Notes under the pieces: model-generated
Told to the model about the DNA's origin: nothing
The model's database searches: none
The model's input: the letters and a program-made list of their open reading frames with translations, nothing else
Part shown: piece after piece, positions 62,456 through 64,000 of the stretch
Position numbering within the stretch: the first letter of the stretch is position 1
Layout: each line of letters starts with the position of its first letter
Origin: Crocinitomicaceae bacterium
Lineage (GTDB): Bacteria; Bacteroidota; Bacteroidia; Flavobacteriales_D; Sanyastnellaceae
Direction: 5' to 3'
Length of the DNA: 64,000 nt
Assembly (NCBI GenBank): GCA_042089915.1
Contig: JBELJZ010000002.1
Location: 13,883 to 77,882 of the forward strand
Translations under genes and position numbers: made by a program

Positions 62456-64000
62456 TCAGTCGATGCTGACAGGCCAGGACCACGTTTCTCCCAAGTGACC
62501 TTGGAGGACGAGCACATGCCAGCCCGGACGAAGCCCTGCCGCGTCGATGTGCCACGCCGCACCGGACACCTGGGGACCTCCGCGGCGGACCGCACGTCCG
62601 AGGGCATCGCGCAGGACCCAGCCGGTCACGTCGGTGTCCAGCTTCACCCGCAGAGGGTGTCCAACTCCAAACGGAATGGGGCCCGCCGTCAAACGAAGGC
62701 CCGCATCCAGTTCAGCCACAGCGATCGTGCTCGTGTCGGGGAACACCACGGTCACTTCTTGCGTCGCCTGATCGGTGCAAATGCCGTCCATGCTGGTGGC
62801 CGTCAAGATGACCGTGTAGGTACTGTCGGTCGGGAACTCGTGCTCGGGCGAGACCTCCGAGCTCAACGGCGACCCGTCTCCAAAGCTCCAGAAATAGCTG
62901 CCTGCTCCCGTGCTCTGGTTGTCAAATGGCACCGGGCCGTCCTCGCTTTCCCATGGAGAGGGTGCAGAGAAGTCCGCCATCACCGGTTCGGACAGATCGA
63001 AACTGCCGCGGGGAAGAATGGTGTACCCATCGAGGAAGGGGGCTTCATCGTCCCGCTGGCCACCGATGCCCGTGACGCCAAACACCCCGTTCGGCGCCTC
63101 GGTTCCAAACAGGTCGGTGTCCGCGTCGATGACCATCTTGTACAAGTCCGCTCCGGTGGAGACGTAGACGTCGAACTGGGGCGCCACATTGGTCCATTCC
63201 GCCGGATTGACCAGCTGCACGCACTTCAGTCGAATCAGATCGCTTTCCGAGTCTTCGTCCAAGGCGTTGACGAGCTGCGGCTCGTTCAGCGGTTGCTCTT
63301 GCGCCGCAAGAATGAGGGTGTCTGCCACAATCTGGGCGCGCCCAAGGAACTGCTGAATGGACCCGCGGATGCGCACGCTGTCGCCCTCCTGAACGAGATA
63401 GTTGAAGTTCTCGACCGGGCTCCAGACCTCGATGCCCGACGTCGGGTCAATGATGGTGAAGCGCAAGCCGGACGGGTAGGTGTTGAATCCGTGGACCACA
63501 CCCCGCAACTCACAGGGAATCAGAAGACTGTCCAACACGCCGTTGACATCGATTCCCCGAACGTCCGCGATGGGGTAATGGGGAAATCCGAGGTCGCTGG
63601 GGGCGATGGAAACCGTGACTTCTCCTGTGGCCACCTCCGCGTTGTCCGACAGGAGCGTCAGCACCAAGGTGAAGGTCTCCAGCCCTTCCGGCTCGAAATC
63701 GTCCACGATGCCCACCGTGAAGGATTGGGGGGCCAACCACCCCTGCGGGAAGGTGATGTCGAGCGGGAAGAGTGTGCCGAAATCCGCCACGGGTGTGGCC
63801 GTGCCGCCCTCCATGACAGCCACTTCCACCTCGACTTCCGCGATCGGCAGGTCGACGGGCAATTCGATGTGCAACACGTCACCTTCAAAGGCCACGATCT
63901 CCGACACGCCGAAGCCCACCGTGGGGGTCGCCGTGGTGTCGATGCCGCACGGATTGGCCGTGTGGTCCCCGAAATAATCGTAGGTGTTTTCGGGATAATC
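62456..64000 (-). CDS. Secreted multidomain protein (Calx-beta-like, unassigned central domain, PKD, T9SS type-A C-terminal domain); N-terminus outside window
   Basis: The frame stays open to the window edge. Calx-beta-like VAFEGD...FTVGIVDDFEPEGLETFTLVL. PKD-like YFWSFGDGSP...YTVILTAT. The last ~80 aa resemble a Por secretion tail (LRDALGRAV...GLRPGWHVLVLQG). Confidence 0.7.
   Translation of the reverse strand, partial: DYPENTYDYFGDHTANPCGIDTTATPTVGFGVSEIVAFEGDVLHIELPVDLPIAEVEVEVAVMEGGTATPVADFGTLFPLDITFPQGWLAPQSFTVGIVDDFEPEGLETFTLVLTLLSDNAEVATGEVTVSIAPSDLGFPHYPIADVRGIDVNGVLDSLLIPCELRGVVHGFNTYPSGLRFTIIDPTSGIEVWSPVENFNYLVQEGDSVRIRGSIQQFLGRAQIVADTLILAAQEQPLNEPQLVNALDEDSESDLIRLKCVQLVNPAEWTNVAPQFDVYVSTGADLYKMVIDADTDLFGTEAPNGVFGVTGIGGQRDDEAPFLDGYTILPRGSFDLSEPVMADFSAPSPWESEDGPVPFDNQSTGAGSYFWSFGDGSPLSSEVSPEHEFPTDSTYTVILTATSMDGICTDQATQEVTVVFPDTSTIAVAELDAGLRLTAGPIPFGVGHPLRVKLDTDVTGWVLRDALGRAVRRGGPQVSGAAWHIDAAGLRPGWHVLVLQGHLGETWSWPVSID

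Noticed and set aside
1-64000. A search for CRISPR arrays, defence systems, toxin-antitoxin pairs, retrons/DGRs, secondary-metabolite clusters and rRNA or other large ncRNA genes.
   Set aside because: I noticed no spaced direct repeats. No intergenic region exceeds about 190 nt. No ORF carries nuclease, helicase, reverse-transcriptase or other defence-type signatures. The YwqK-like MORN lipoprotein has no toxin partner and carries a lipobox, so it is not a toxin-antitoxin component here.

Overview
This is a 64-kb, high-GC (roughly 60-65% by eye) chromosomal segment. It has the hallmarks of a Bacteroidota genome: T9SS type-A and type-B C-terminal sorting domains, PorP/SprF paralogues, SprB-type repeats, TAnnTTTG-like promoter boxes and no Shine-Dalgarno-like leaders. 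It is very densely packed, with about 55 protein genes and 4 tRNA genes. Most are housekeeping: recJ (partial), dnaG, a two-component pair, prs, rplY/ctc, pth, nadD, gmk, yicC, a polyprenyl synthase, hmgA, hppD, dut, feoB/feoA, rnr, pepP, miaE, ridA, a tryptophan 2,3-dioxygenase, lysS, lipB, rlmN, lepA, radA, rsmI and hemW. I see no transposase, integrase, prophage, CRISPR array or recognisable defence or toxin-antitoxin module. Many long ORFs in the six-frame track are antisense shadow ORFs or upstream extensions of real genes, so several starts were re-called. I cannot point to a clear-cut new system. The regions that most deserve a second look are: (1) an 8-kb minus-strand operon of two consecutive type-B-CTD cargo plus PorP/SprF pairs (51.8-59.8 kb), including a giant SprB-repeat adhesin and a small Cys-rich cargo of unknown fold; (2) a 1,214-aa T9SS cargo with a nidogen (NIDO)-like domain (45.1-48.8 kb); (3) a tRNA cluster in which a Wzx-like flippase and a sulfotransferase sit between two direct-repeat tRNA-Val genes and directly behind tRNA-Arg, plus an unannotated 45-codon dockerin/EF-hand-like mini-ORF; (4) a translationally coupled TPR lipoprotein / DUF4292 / degenerate-LytM (EnvC-like) module running into feoB, with feoA on the opposite strand; (5) genome-compaction oddities, namely three convergent gene pairs joined by the same TGATCA stop-stop palindrome and one divergent pair with overlapping start codons; and (6) a recurrent TAnnTT(T/C)G box only 3-9 nt from many start codons, which suggests widespread leaderless transcripts.
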